Positions 15,698 through 24,000 of a DNA stretch of 24,000 nucleotides are shown here, piece after piece; position 1 is the first letter of the stretch, and each line of letters opens with the position of its first letter. The notes beneath the pieces are model-generated. The model ran no database searches. It was not told the DNA's origin and was given only the letters and a program-made list of their open reading frames with translations. The DNA is from Kandleria vitulina DSM 20405. GTDB lineage: Bacteria > Bacillota_I > Bacilli_A > Erysipelotrichales > Coprobacillaceae. The stretch covers positions 19,964 to 43,963 of the forward strand of contig NZ_JNKN01000004.1 of assembly GCF_000702065.1 (NCBI RefSeq), in the 5' to 3' direction. Position numbers and translations under genes: made by a program.

Positions 15698-17674
15698 ATG
15701 ATGCCTAATACACATTATGATGAATCTGATATTCAAATCCTCAAGGGATTGGAAGCTGTCAGAAAAAGACCTGGTATGTATATTGGGTCTACAGATGCAA
15801 GAGGGTTGCACCATCTTGTATGGGAAATTGTGGATAACTCAATCGATGAAGCCCTAGCTGGTTTTGGGAAAAAGATTGTAGTGACAATTCATAAAGATAA
15901 TAGCATTACTGTAGAAGATGAAGGACGTGGTATGCCTACTGGTATTAATAAAGAAACAGGTCGTCCTACAACTGAAGTCATTCTGACTGTTCTTCATGCA
16001 GGTGGCAAGTTTTCTAGCGATGGCGGATATAAGACATCCGGTGGTCTTCATGGTGTAGGTTCTTCGGTTGTTAACGCGTTAAGTGAATATTTAGAATTAA
16101 CTGTTTATCGTGATGGTTATACTTATACACAGAAGTTTGAAAATGGTGGATCAGTTATACATGATCTAAAAAAAGGAAAAAAGACAACGAAGACAGGTAC
16201 TACAATTCATTTTATGCCTGATTCTAAGATTTTTAAGAAAATCAATTTTAATTTTTCTACTATCAGTGAACGTTTAAGGGAAGATGCGTTCTTATTAAAG
16301 GGCATTGAAATGGAGCTTCATGATGAACGTACTGATCGTCATGAAAACTACTATTATGAAAATGGGCTAGAAGAATTTATCAATTGGCTAAATAGCGGTA
16401 AGCATAAAAGCATATCGAAGGTATTGAGCTTTGATGATGATTCAAAAGAAATTGAAGTAGAAGTGGCCTTACAGTTTACTGATGGCTATCAGGAGAACAT
16501 TGTTTCATTTGTCAATCTCGTAAGAACAAGTGATGGCGGTACCCATGAAATGGGCTTTAAGTCAGGTCTTACAAAGGTCTTTAATGAATATGCAAGAAAG
16601 TATGATTTATTGAAAAAGAAAGATAAGAATCTTGAAGGTACTGATGTAAGAGAAGGATTAACAGCTATTCTTTCAGTAAAGATTCCAGAAGAATATTTAC
16701 AGTTTGAAGGACAGACTAAAGCAAAGCTTGGTACACCTATTGCTAGAAATATACTTGAACAGGTGACTCAGGAGTATTTGACTTATTATCTTGAAGAAAA
16801 TAAAGATGAAGCTGATGCTCTTGTTGCTAAAATGATTAAAGCTGCAAGTGCTAGAAATGCAGCTAGAAAAGCAAGAGAAGCCGCCAGAGGGAATAAGGCG
16901 AAGAGAGAAAAGCAGATCTTAAGTGGGAAGCTTGCGCCTGCTCAGTCAAAGAATAAGAAAAAGAATGAGCTTTATCTTGTCGAAGGGGATTCAGCCGGTG
17001 GTAGTGCCAAACAGGGACGTGATCGTAAGTTCCAGGCTATTCTTCCTTTAAGAGGTAAGGTTGTCAATACTGAAAGAGCAAGCATTACTGATGTCTTGAA
17101 GAATGAAGAAATTGCGACAATGATCAATACAATCAATGCAGGATACGGCAGTGATTTCAATGTAGAAGATTCAGCATATGATAAGATTATTATCATGACC
17201 GATGCGGATACCGATGGGGCTCATATTCAGATCTTATTGCTGACATTCTTCTATCGTTATATGAAAGGATTGATTCAGGCAGGAAAGGTCTATATCGCTA
17301 TGCCACCTTTATATAAGGTATCAAAGAAGAATGGCAAGAAGGAAAAGGTTGAATACTGCTGGGATGAGAAAGATCTTGAAGAGGCTAAGAAGATTGTCGG
17401 AAGAGGATACAATGTACAGCGTTACAAAGGTCTTGGTGAAATGAATGCAGATCAGCTTTGGGAAACAACCATGAATCCTGAAACCCGTACACTTATTCAG
17501 GTCAATATTGAAGATGCTGCATTAGTAGAACGTCGTGTTTCTGTTTTGATGGGTGATAAGGTTGAACCAAGACGAGAATGGATTGAAGATAATGTACAGT
17601 TCTCTATGGCCGATGATTTTGATGCCTTTACAATGGATCAAAAAGAATTAATAGGAGGTCACAATGGAAGATAA
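15698..17674 (+). CDS. parE: DNA topoisomerase IV subunit B
   Basis: 'GLEAVRKRPGMYIGSTDARGLHHLVWEIVDNSIDEALAG', 'LYLVEGDSAGGSAKQGRDRKFQAILPLRGKVVN' and 'MTDADTDGAHIQ'. SD GGAGG; overlaps parC by 11 nt. Confidence 0.96.
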   Translation: MMPNTHYDESDIQILKGLEAVRKRPGMYIGSTDARGLHHLVWEIVDNSIDEALAGFGKKIVVTIHKDNSITVEDEGRGMPTGINKETGRPTTEVILTVLHAGGKFSSDGGYKTSGGLHGVGSSVVNALSEYLELTVYRDGYTYTQKFENGGSVIHDLKKGKKTTKTGTTIHFMPDSKIFKKINFNFSTISERLREDAFLLKGIEMELHDERTDRHENYYYENGLEEFINWLNSGKHKSISKVLSFDDDSKEIEVEVALQFTDGYQENIVSFVNLVRTSDGGTHEMGFKSGLTKVFNEYARKYDLLKKKDKNLEGTDVREGLTAILSVKIPEEYLQFEGQTKAKLGTPIARNILEQVTQEYLTYYLEENKDEADALVAKMIKAASARNAARKAREAARGNKAKREKQILSGKLAPAQSKNKKKNELYLVEGDSAGGSAKQGRDRKFQAILPLRGKVVNTERASITDVLKNEEIATMINTINAGYGSDFNVEDSAYDKIIIMTDADTDGAHIQILLLTFFYRYMKGLIQAGKVYIAMPPLYKVSKKNGKKEKVEYCWDEKDLEEAKKIVGRGYNVQRYKGLGEMNADQLWETTMNPETRTLIQVNIEDAALVERRVSVLMGDKVEPRREWIEDNVQFSMADDFDAFTMDQKELIGGHNGR

Positions 17675-20231
17675 TAAGATATTAAGAATGTCCCTTGATG
17701 ATATTATGGGAGATCGTTTTGGACGTTATTCAAAATATATTATCCAAGATCGTGCGCTTCCAGATGTCAGAGATGGTTTAAAACCAGTTCAAAGACGTAT
17801 TCTATATGCGATGTTTAAGGAAGGAAATCTTCCTACTAAAGCTTATCGTAAATCTGCTAAAACAGTCGGTAACGTTATTGGGAACTATCATCCTCACGGC
17901 GATTCATCTGTCTATGATGCCATGGTGCGTCTATCACAGGATTGGAAGATGAGAATTCCTCTTGTAGATATGCAAGGAAACAACGGGTCTATCGATAATG
18001 ACCCAGCAGCAGCCATGCGTTATACTGAAGCAAGATTAGCGCCAATCTCTATGGAACTTTTAAAGGATCTTGATAAAGAAACAGTAGAGATGGCCTTAAA
18101 CTTCGATGATACAGAATATGAACCAACAGTTCTTCCTGCTAAATATCCAAACTTGCTCGTCAATGGTGCAACAGGTATTTCTGCAGGTTATGCGACAGAT
18201 ATTCCTCCTCATAATTTAGGAGAAGTCATCGATGCGACTATTTATCGTATCAAGCATCCACAATGTCATTTTGATGATTTACATCAGTTTATCAAAGGTC
18301 CAGATTTTCCTACTGGTGCCATTGTAGAAGGGGCAAGCGATATTGCGAAAGCTCTTCGATGCGGTCGTGGAAAAGTCGTTGTCAGATCACGTTATGAATT
18401 TGTGGAAAAGAAGAACATGAATCAGATTGTCATAAGTGAAATTCCTTATGAAGTCAATAAGGCAGATCTTGTCAGAAAGATTGATGAAATTCGTTTTAAC
18501 AAAGACATCGATGGTGTTCTTGAAGTAAGAGATGAGTCAGATCGTAATGGGTTAAGCATTGTCATTGATTTAAAGAAAGATGTAGATGTACAAAATACGC
18601 TTAATTATTTCTTCAAGAATACCGATTTACAGAAGAACTACAATTATAATATGGTCGCTATCAAGGATAAACGACCTGAACAGATGGGGATTGTTTCTAT
18701 TATTGATGGGTATATCAATCATGAAATAGATGTTGTAACAAAACGATCAACATTTGATTTAAATAAGGCTAGTGCTCGTGAACATATTGTAGAAGGATTA
18801 ATCAAGGCTGTTTCTATTCTTGATGATGTTGTACATACAATTAGACAATCAAAAGATAAGAAAGATGCCAAACTTAATCTGATGGATCAGTATGATTTTT
18901 CTGAAGTACAGGCTGAAGCTATTGTCATGTTACAGCTGTATAGATTAACAAATACGGATATAGTGGCATTAGAGGAAGAATTAGCATCTTTACATGAAGA
19001 AATAGAAAAATTAAAAGAAATTCTTGGCAGTGAAAAGGTTTTAAGACAGGTTATTATCAGTGAATTAAGAGAAATCAAGAAGAAATATCCTTCTCCTCGT
19101 TTAACAACAATCAAGGATGAAATCATGGATACTTCAATTAATGCACAGGCTATGATTGTATCTGAAGATTGCTATGTCTCAGTTACAAGAGATGGCTATA
19201 TCAAGAAGATTTCTTTAAGATCATATAAGGCCAGTCAGAATACCGCCTTTGGCAAGAAAGACGATGATCGTCTTGTTTCACTTTGTCAAACAAATACGTT
19301 GCATACACTTTTAGTCTTTACTAATCGTGGTAATTATTGTTTTGTACCAATTCATAAGCTAGAAGAGTTCAAGTGGAAAGATCTTGGTAAGCATATCAGT
19401 TATCTTATTAAGCTTAATAATGATGAAAAGATTATCGCAACTGTGCTTGTCAAAGATTTCAAATCACCACAGTATGTGATGATGGCTTCACGAGATGGTG
19501 CAATCAAGAAAGTAGCTATTGCGGACTTTGAAGTATCACGTTTCTCTAGACCTATGAAATGTATGAATCTTAAAGCTGATGATGAGATGGTTTCAGTTCA
19601 GCTTTCTAGTGGTCATGATGGTGTCATTCTTGCCAGCAAGGCAGGATATGCTGCTTTATACAGTGAAGAAGAGATTTCAGTCGTTGGTATTAAGGCCGGT
19701 GGGGTCAAGGGTATTCGCTTGACTCATGATTCGCTCGCATTTATGCGTGTCTTTAATCCAGCCAATCCACAATCACTTGTGATTTTTACTAATCCAGTTG
19801 GTATCAAGCGTATTCATGTTTCTGATATTCCTGCATGCAAACGTGCCAATAAAGGAAACTTGATTTTTAAATCGCCTAAATCACGTCAGATTACACTTTA
19901 TGATGGCTATATTATGGACACATATGATACACTGACACTCTATGGTGAATCTGGTTCGATTGAGGTCTGTGCTAAGGACTTTAATTTCACCGGATTAATT
20001 AATAGACCTGGTGGTATCAAGGCGTTTGAAGATAAGTCAATTGATTTTATCTATGATTCACGTCTGCTTATTGCCGATGGAAAGGTAGAAGAGGAAGGTT
20101 CTTTCAAGGAATTCTTCCAGGTAGAAAAGGAAAAGACTTTATTTGAAGAGGAAACTCCAATAAAGAAGAAAGAAGAGAATAAATTCAAGCCGATCTCGTT
20201 TGATGATCTGTTTGAAAATGATGATTTCTAA
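17664..20231 (+). CDS. parC: DNA topoisomerase IV subunit A
   Basis: 'FGRYSKYIIQDRALPDVRDGLKPVQRRILYAMFKEGN', 'KSAKTVGNVIGNYHPHGDSSVYDAMVRLSQDWKMR' and catalytic 'PAAAMRYTEARL'. Paired with parE. Confidence 0.96.
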   Translation: MEDNKILRMSLDDIMGDRFGRYSKYIIQDRALPDVRDGLKPVQRRILYAMFKEGNLPTKAYRKSAKTVGNVIGNYHPHGDSSVYDAMVRLSQDWKMRIPLVDMQGNNGSIDNDPAAAMRYTEARLAPISMELLKDLDKETVEMALNFDDTEYEPTVLPAKYPNLLVNGATGISAGYATDIPPHNLGEVIDATIYRIKHPQCHFDDLHQFIKGPDFPTGAIVEGASDIAKALRCGRGKVVVRSRYEFVEKKNMNQIVISEIPYEVNKADLVRKIDEIRFNKDIDGVLEVRDESDRNGLSIVIDLKKDVDVQNTLNYFFKNTDLQKNYNYNMVAIKDKRPEQMGIVSIIDGYINHEIDVVTKRSTFDLNKASAREHIVEGLIKAVSILDDVVHTIRQSKDKKDAKLNLMDQYDFSEVQAEAIVMLQLYRLTNTDIVALEEELASLHEEIEKLKEILGSEKVLRQVIISELREIKKKYPSPRLTTIKDEIMDTSINAQAMIVSEDCYVSVTRDGYIKKISLRSYKASQNTAFGKKDDDRLVSLCQTNTLHTLLVFTNRGNYCFVPIHKLEEFKWKDLGKHISYLIKLNNDEKIIATVLVKDFKSPQYVMMASRDGAIKKVAIADFEVSRFSRPMKCMNLKADDEMVSVQLSSGHDGVILASKAGYAALYSEEEISVVGIKAGGVKGIRLTHDSLAFMRVFNPANPQSLVIFTNPVGIKRIHVSDIPACKRANKGNLIFKSPKSRQITLYDGYIMDTYDTLTLYGESGSIEVCAKDFNFTGLINRPGGIKAFEDKSIDFIYDSRLLIADGKVEEEGSFKEFFQVEKEKTLFEEETPIKKKEENKFKPISFDDLFENDDF

Positions 20232-20234
20232 TAA

Positions 20235-20277
20235 GGCTACATCCCATAAAGAAAGCATTTATGGGATGCCTTTTTTC
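20235..20277 (+). terminator. Rho-independent terminator after parC
   Basis: GG..CATCCCATAAA-GAAAGCA-TTTATGGGATG.CC followed by TTTTTT. Confidence 0.9.
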
Positions 20278-20354
20278 TTGTAAATTTGTCAATGGACATT
20301 CTCTTTTCATGAGGAAAAAAATAGTGTACAATGAAGGGCGAAAAGGGTGATGAA

Positions 20355-21446
20355 ATGAGTGAATTAAGATGTGGTGGCTGCGGAGCAGTCATTCAAAGTG
20401 AAGATAAAAATAAGCCTGGTTATCTGCCAGAAAACGCATTAAATAAAGATAAGCCTTTATGTCAAAGATGTTTCAAGCTTATGCATTATCATCAGAAGAT
20501 GGAATCTCATCTTTCTAAAGAAGATTTTCTTAAGATCATTGCATCCATAGGAGACAAGGATTGTCTTGTAGTGTATATTGTGGATCTTTTTGATTTTAAC
20601 GGAAGTCTTATCAGCGGCTTGACACGTCACGTAGGTTTTAATGATATTCTTGTATTAGGAAATAAGAGAGATGTTCTTCCTAAGTCATTAAAAGATCATC
20701 GTTTAAATATGTGGGTGAGAAGACAGCTTAAAAATGAAGGTATCAAGCCTGTAGATGTCATCTTGACAAGCGGAAAGAAGAAACTTAATTTTGATGAAAT
20801 CTTTGATGCGATTGAAGAATACAGAAAAGGTCGAGATGTTTATGTGGTCGGTATGACCAATGTTGGGAAGTCAACTTTTATTAATGCATTATTAAAGCAT
20901 TATAGTGATGTTGAACAGACAATTACGACAAGTGAGTTCCCTGGAACAACTTTGGATCTTATTCGTATTCCATTTGATGAAAAGAGTGCTTTATATGATT
21001 CACCAGGAATCATGAATGAAGCGCAGATGACTTCTCATGTGGCAGAAAAAGATCTTAAGACTATTGTGCCACAGTCGGAATTAAGACCAATGTCTTTCCA
21101 GCTGAATGCGAAGCAGACTTTATATATGAGCGGTTTAGCAAGAATGGATTATCTTGAAGGAGAGAAAGCAGGCTTTGTTTGCTACTTTAGTAGACAATTA
21201 AAGATCCATCGTACAAAGATGGCTAATGCGGATGCACTTTTTGATAATCATAAGGAACTCAAGCTTTATCCGCTTAGTGTAGATAAGATTTCACAGATGA
21301 AATCTTATGAGTTCTCATTTAAGAAAGGTGACAAGAAAGAAGTCTTTATTTCAGGTTTAGGCTTTATTAGTGTCAATACAAAAGGTAAATTACGTATCAG
21401 TGTTCCTGAAGGCGTTGATGTCTTTGTTAGGGAATGTTTAATTTAA
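20355..21446 (+). CDS. yqeH: Circularly permuted ribosome-biogenesis GTPase YqeH
   Basis: Zinc-finger 'CGGCGAVIQSEDKNKPGYLP...CQRCFKL', then NKRD (G4) before the P-loop 'GMTNVGKSTFINAL'. The start is probably ATG 20355 (SD AAAGGGTG) rather than 20331. Confidence 0.96.
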   Translation: MSELRCGGCGAVIQSEDKNKPGYLPENALNKDKPLCQRCFKLMHYHQKMESHLSKEDFLKIIASIGDKDCLVVYIVDLFDFNGSLISGLTRHVGFNDILVLGNKRDVLPKSLKDHRLNMWVRRQLKNEGIKPVDVILTSGKKKLNFDEIFDAIEEYRKGRDVYVVGMTNVGKSTFINALLKHYSDVEQTITTSEFPGTTLDLIRIPFDEKSALYDSPGIMNEAQMTSHVAEKDLKTIVPQSELRPMSFQLNAKQTLYMSGLARMDYLEGEKAGFVCYFSRQLKIHRTKMANADALFDNHKELKLYPLSVDKISQMKSYEFSFKKGDKKEVFISGLGFISVNTKGKLRISVPEGVDVFVRECLI

Positions 21447-21455
21447 GGAGATTAT

Positions 21456-21740
21456 ATGTTAACAAGTAAACAGAAGAAATATTTAAAAAGTGAAGCACAT
21501 GCGTTAAAACCAATTTTCCAGGTTGGAAAAGATGGTGTTGGCATGAAGCAGGCTAACAGCATTAATGATGCTTTAAAGGCAAAAGAATTAATTAAGGTGA
21601 AATTATTAGATACATGTCCTCAGACTGTCAATGAAGCAGCATTAGAGATTTCAAGATTAACAAAAGCTGAAGTTGTTCATATTATTGGACATACTATTAT
21701 TCTTTATAAGGCAAGCGAAAAAGGAATCTATCAGATCTAA
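21456..21740 (+). CDS. yhbY: CRM-domain RNA-binding protein YhbY family
   Basis: 'LTSKQKKYLKSEAHALKPIFQVGKDGV...VKLLDTCPQTVNEAALEISRLTKAEVVHIIGHTIILYK'. SD AAGGAG. Confidence 0.95.
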   Translation: MLTSKQKKYLKSEAHALKPIFQVGKDGVGMKQANSINDALKAKELIKVKLLDTCPQTVNEAALEISRLTKAEVVHIIGHTIILYKASEKGIYQI

Positions 21741-22840
21741 TGAAAGTGGGGTTGCTTGGGGGAAGCTTTGACCCTATCCATAAAGGACATGTAAGTATTG
21801 TTAAAGAGGCTATCAAGCACTTTGATCTTGACTGTTTCTATTTTATTCCAACGAAGAATAATCCTTGGAAGGATCATACTGTTGCAAGTGGAGAAGAACG
21901 TTATGAGATGATCGAAATTGCGACAAGTGATGAAGAGAAAATCAAGATTGATCGTATTGAGCTTGATGCTAGTGAAAATGGTAAGAATTATACTATTGAT
22001 ACATTAAGAGCATTGGTTAAGATGCACCCTGATGTGAGTTATTATTATTTAATGGGAATGGATCAGGCTGCTTCTTTTGATAAATGGGTAGAAGCAGAAA
22101 ATATTTCTAAGCTTGTACAGCTGGTTGCATTTAATAGAGCAGATTATCCTAGTGATCATGAAAATTTAGATCGTTACCATTTTATTAAGATGAACAACGT
22201 GGAAATGAAAGCGTCTAGTTCTGAAATTAAAGAAGGGCATCTTGAGATGCTTGATGAACGTGTGCTTGCTTATATTTCAAGAAAAGGTCTTTATCTTGAA
22301 ACGATGATTAAGCCTTATCTTTCTTTAAAGAGATATAATCACTCTCTTTCTGTTGCCAAGCTTACAAGAGAGTTTGCCAAGTGCAATGGAATTGATCCAC
22401 AAAAAGGATATATTGCCGGATTGATGCATGATATTGCTAAAGAGATGGATCATAAGAAGGCTTCTTTAATTATGTCGCAGGAGTTTGCGCAGTTTATGGA
22501 TAAGCCAGTACCAGTATGGCATCAATGGCTTTCTGCTTATTTATGCAAGAAGGATTTTCTTCTTGATGACAAGGAGATTCTTAAGGCTATTGAAGATCAT
22601 ACAACAGCATCTACAAGCATGAGTGTCCTTGGTAAATGTCTGTATTGTGCAGATAAGCTTGATCCACTACGTGGATATGATTCAAGCAAGGAAATTGAAA
22701 TTTGTAAAGAAAACATACATGTAGGTTTTTCAAGACAGCTTAAGCAGTTCTATGATTTCTCTAAAGCTAAGAATAGAGAAATTGATCCACTGTTCTTTGA
22801 GGTTTATAAGACTTACGGTGAAGGAGATATTTATGACTAA
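21740..22840 (+). CDS. nadD: Fusion: nicotinate-nucleotide adenylyltransferase (NadD) and YqeK-type HD-domain hydrolase
   Basis: N-terminal 'GLLGGSFDPIHKGHV' and 'LMGMDQAASFDKW', then C-terminal 'RYNHSLSVAKL...GYIAGLMHDIAKE...AIEDHTTASTSMSVLGKCLYCADKLDPLRGYD' in one uninterrupted 366-aa ORF. Confidence 0.95.
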   Translation: MKVGLLGGSFDPIHKGHVSIVKEAIKHFDLDCFYFIPTKNNPWKDHTVASGEERYEMIEIATSDEEKIKIDRIELDASENGKNYTIDTLRALVKMHPDVSYYYLMGMDQAASFDKWVEAENISKLVQLVAFNRADYPSDHENLDRYHFIKMNNVEMKASSSEIKEGHLEMLDERVLAYISRKGLYLETMIKPYLSLKRYNHSLSVAKLTREFAKCNGIDPQKGYIAGLMHDIAKEMDHKKASLIMSQEFAQFMDKPVPVWHQWLSAYLCKKDFLLDDKEILKAIEDHTTASTSMSVLGKCLYCADKLDPLRGYDSSKEIEICKENIHVGFSRQLKQFYDFSKAKNREIDPLFFEVYKTYGEGDIYD

Positions 22841-23177
22841 ATTAGAATGTATTGTTAAAGCTATGGATGATAAGTTAGCAACAAACATCGTAGCTATCGA
22901 TATGCGTGAAGCTAGTCCTATCTTTGATACTTTTGTATTGGCCACTGCCAGCAATGCACGTTTGTTGCATGCGATCAAGGATAGCGTTGAAGATGCATTA
23001 GCTGAAAACGGATATGAAGTAAAAGGTATAGAAGGATTAAGAGATTCTAAATGGATCTTAATCGACTGTGGAGATATTGTGTGCCATATCTTTGAAAATG
23101 ATGAAAGAGATGCCTATAATCTAGAAAAATTATGGAGTGATATGCCACGTTTAGACGTAGCATCAATGATTGACTAA
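22833..23177 (+). CDS. rsfS: Ribosomal silencing factor RsfS
   Basis: 'ASPIFDTFVLATASNARLLHAIKDSVEDALAENGYEVKGIEGLRDSKWILIDCGDIVCHIFENDERDAYNLEKLW'. Start at 22833 (SD GGAGAT), not the upstream 22752. Confidence 0.95.
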   Translation: MTKLECIVKAMDDKLATNIVAIDMREASPIFDTFVLATASNARLLHAIKDSVEDALAENGYEVKGIEGLRDSKWILIDCGDIVCHIFENDERDAYNLEKLWSDMPRLDVASMID

Positions 23178-23893
23178 TGAGTTATCAGGAATTTGCTTAT
23201 TATTATGATAGCTTGATGGATCCTGCTTTTTATGATGAATATGTTCATTTCTTAAATGAACATATTCATTTTCAGGTAGGATTGGAACTTGGCTGTGGGA
23301 CTGGTGAAATGACCCTTCGTCTTATTGAAGAAGGAAAACAGATTACGGCGACTGATCTTTCTAATGATATGCTTGAAGTGCTTTTTGAGAAAGCCGCATT
23401 TAAGCAATATCATTTTCCTATTTATCGTATGGATATGTGTGACTTTAGTGGTCATGACGATTTTGAAGCAGTGCTTTGCTTTGTGGATTCTCTTAATTAC
23501 ATCATTGAACAAGAAAAAGTGCAGAGTGTCTTTAATAATGTTTATGAATCATTAAAGATGGGCGGTGCTTTTGTTTTTGATGTCAATAGTCTTTACAAGC
23601 ATAATGTTATACTTGATGGCTATAAGGAAGAAAACGATGATGAAGATTTCTATTTTGAATGGGATGTTTCTTCTGATCATCAGGGTAACATTACTCATCA
23701 TGTAGTCATTGAAGATAAGGAAAGCAAAGAGAGAGTAGAAGAGATTCATCATCAGAGAACTTTCTCTATGGAAACTTATCAGGAAATGCTGAAGAAGGCA
23801 GGCTTTTTAGATATTGAAGTCTACAGTGATTTTGAGGATTACCATGAGAAATGTGAACGTTTGATTTTTATTTGTAAGAAGGAGGCACACTAA
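23177..23893 (+). CDS. yqeM: Class I SAM-dependent methyltransferase (YqeM-like)
   Basis: 'YDSLMDPAFYDEYVHFL', SAM motif 'GLELGCGTGEMTLRLIEEGKQITATDLSNDMLEVL'. Position downstream of rsfS matches yqeM. Confidence 0.88.
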   Translation: MSYQEFAYYYDSLMDPAFYDEYVHFLNEHIHFQVGLELGCGTGEMTLRLIEEGKQITATDLSNDMLEVLFEKAAFKQYHFPIYRMDMCDFSGHDDFEAVLCFVDSLNYIIEQEKVQSVFNNVYESLKMGGAFVFDVNSLYKHNVILDGYKEENDDEDFYFEWDVSSDHQGNITHHVVIEDKESKERVEEIHHQRTFSMETYQEMLKKAGFLDIEVYSDFEDYHEKCERLIFICKKEAH

Positions 23894-23894
23894 T

Positions 23895-24000
23895 ATGCTA
23901 GGAATTATTGGAGCGATGGAAGAAGAAGTTAATGAGTTATTAGCTTTGATGGATGTCAAGGAGACTAAAGAAGATCTTGGCTATACTTTTCATATTGGTA
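23895..24000 (+). CDS. mtnN: 5'-methylthioadenosine/S-adenosylhomocysteine nucleosidase, N-terminus (runs off the window)
   Basis: Reads MLGIIGAMEEEVNELLALMDVKETKEDLGYTFHIG..., the MTA/SAH nucleosidase start motif 'IGIIGAMEEEV', with SD AGGAGG upstream. Confidence 0.9.
   Translation, partial: MLGIIGAMEEEVNELLALMDVKETKEDLGYTFHIG

Noticed and set aside
16972-17196. Antisense ORFs in parE and parC (15854-16051, 16972-17196, 18887-19126)
   Set aside because: Opposite essential, conserved topoisomerase IV genes, with no supporting features.
23252-23752. ORFs 23252-23512 (-), 23325-23555 (+) and 23552-23752 (-), and 22730-22978 (-)
   Set aside because: Overlap the methyltransferase or nadD/rsfS genes in other frames, with hydrophobic or low-complexity translations and no homology.
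1-24000. Novel defence, mobile or biosynthetic system
   Set aside because: Every sizeable CDS except the 171-aa membrane ORF belongs to a recognisable housekeeping family in mostly conserved order. No transposase, integrase, phage, toxin-antitoxin or nuclease-cluster signature was seen.

Overview
This window looks like a low-GC Firmicutes chromosome (Erysipelotrichia-like, by inference) and is almost entirely housekeeping sequence. In order it contains: a partial YfcE-type phosphodiesterase; three tandem tRNA-Arg(TCT) genes in a perfect 292-bp repeat; a hypothetical membrane protein (-); an RNase J-family protein with a degenerate active site; FtsK/SpoIIIE; a BMP-family nucleoside-type ABC transporter (lipoprotein, ATPase, two permeases); a structured ncRNA (6S-like candidate) from a near-consensus promoter; YnzC, transketolase, YneF and a histidine phosphatase; a decayed DNA-alkylation-repair (AlkD-like) pseudogene (-); PlsY (-); topoisomerase IV ParE-ParC; and YqeH, YhbY, a NadD-YqeK fusion, RsfS, a SAM methyltransferase and the start of an MTA/SAH nucleosidase. 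I found no CRISPR array, prophage, transposon, defence island or clearly novel multi-gene system. The most interesting items are the perfect tRNA-Arg repeat array, the RNase J paralogue that has lost several metal-ligand residues, the 6S-like RNA abutting the ynzC ribosome-binding site, the alkD-like remnant, and the NadD-YqeK fusion.
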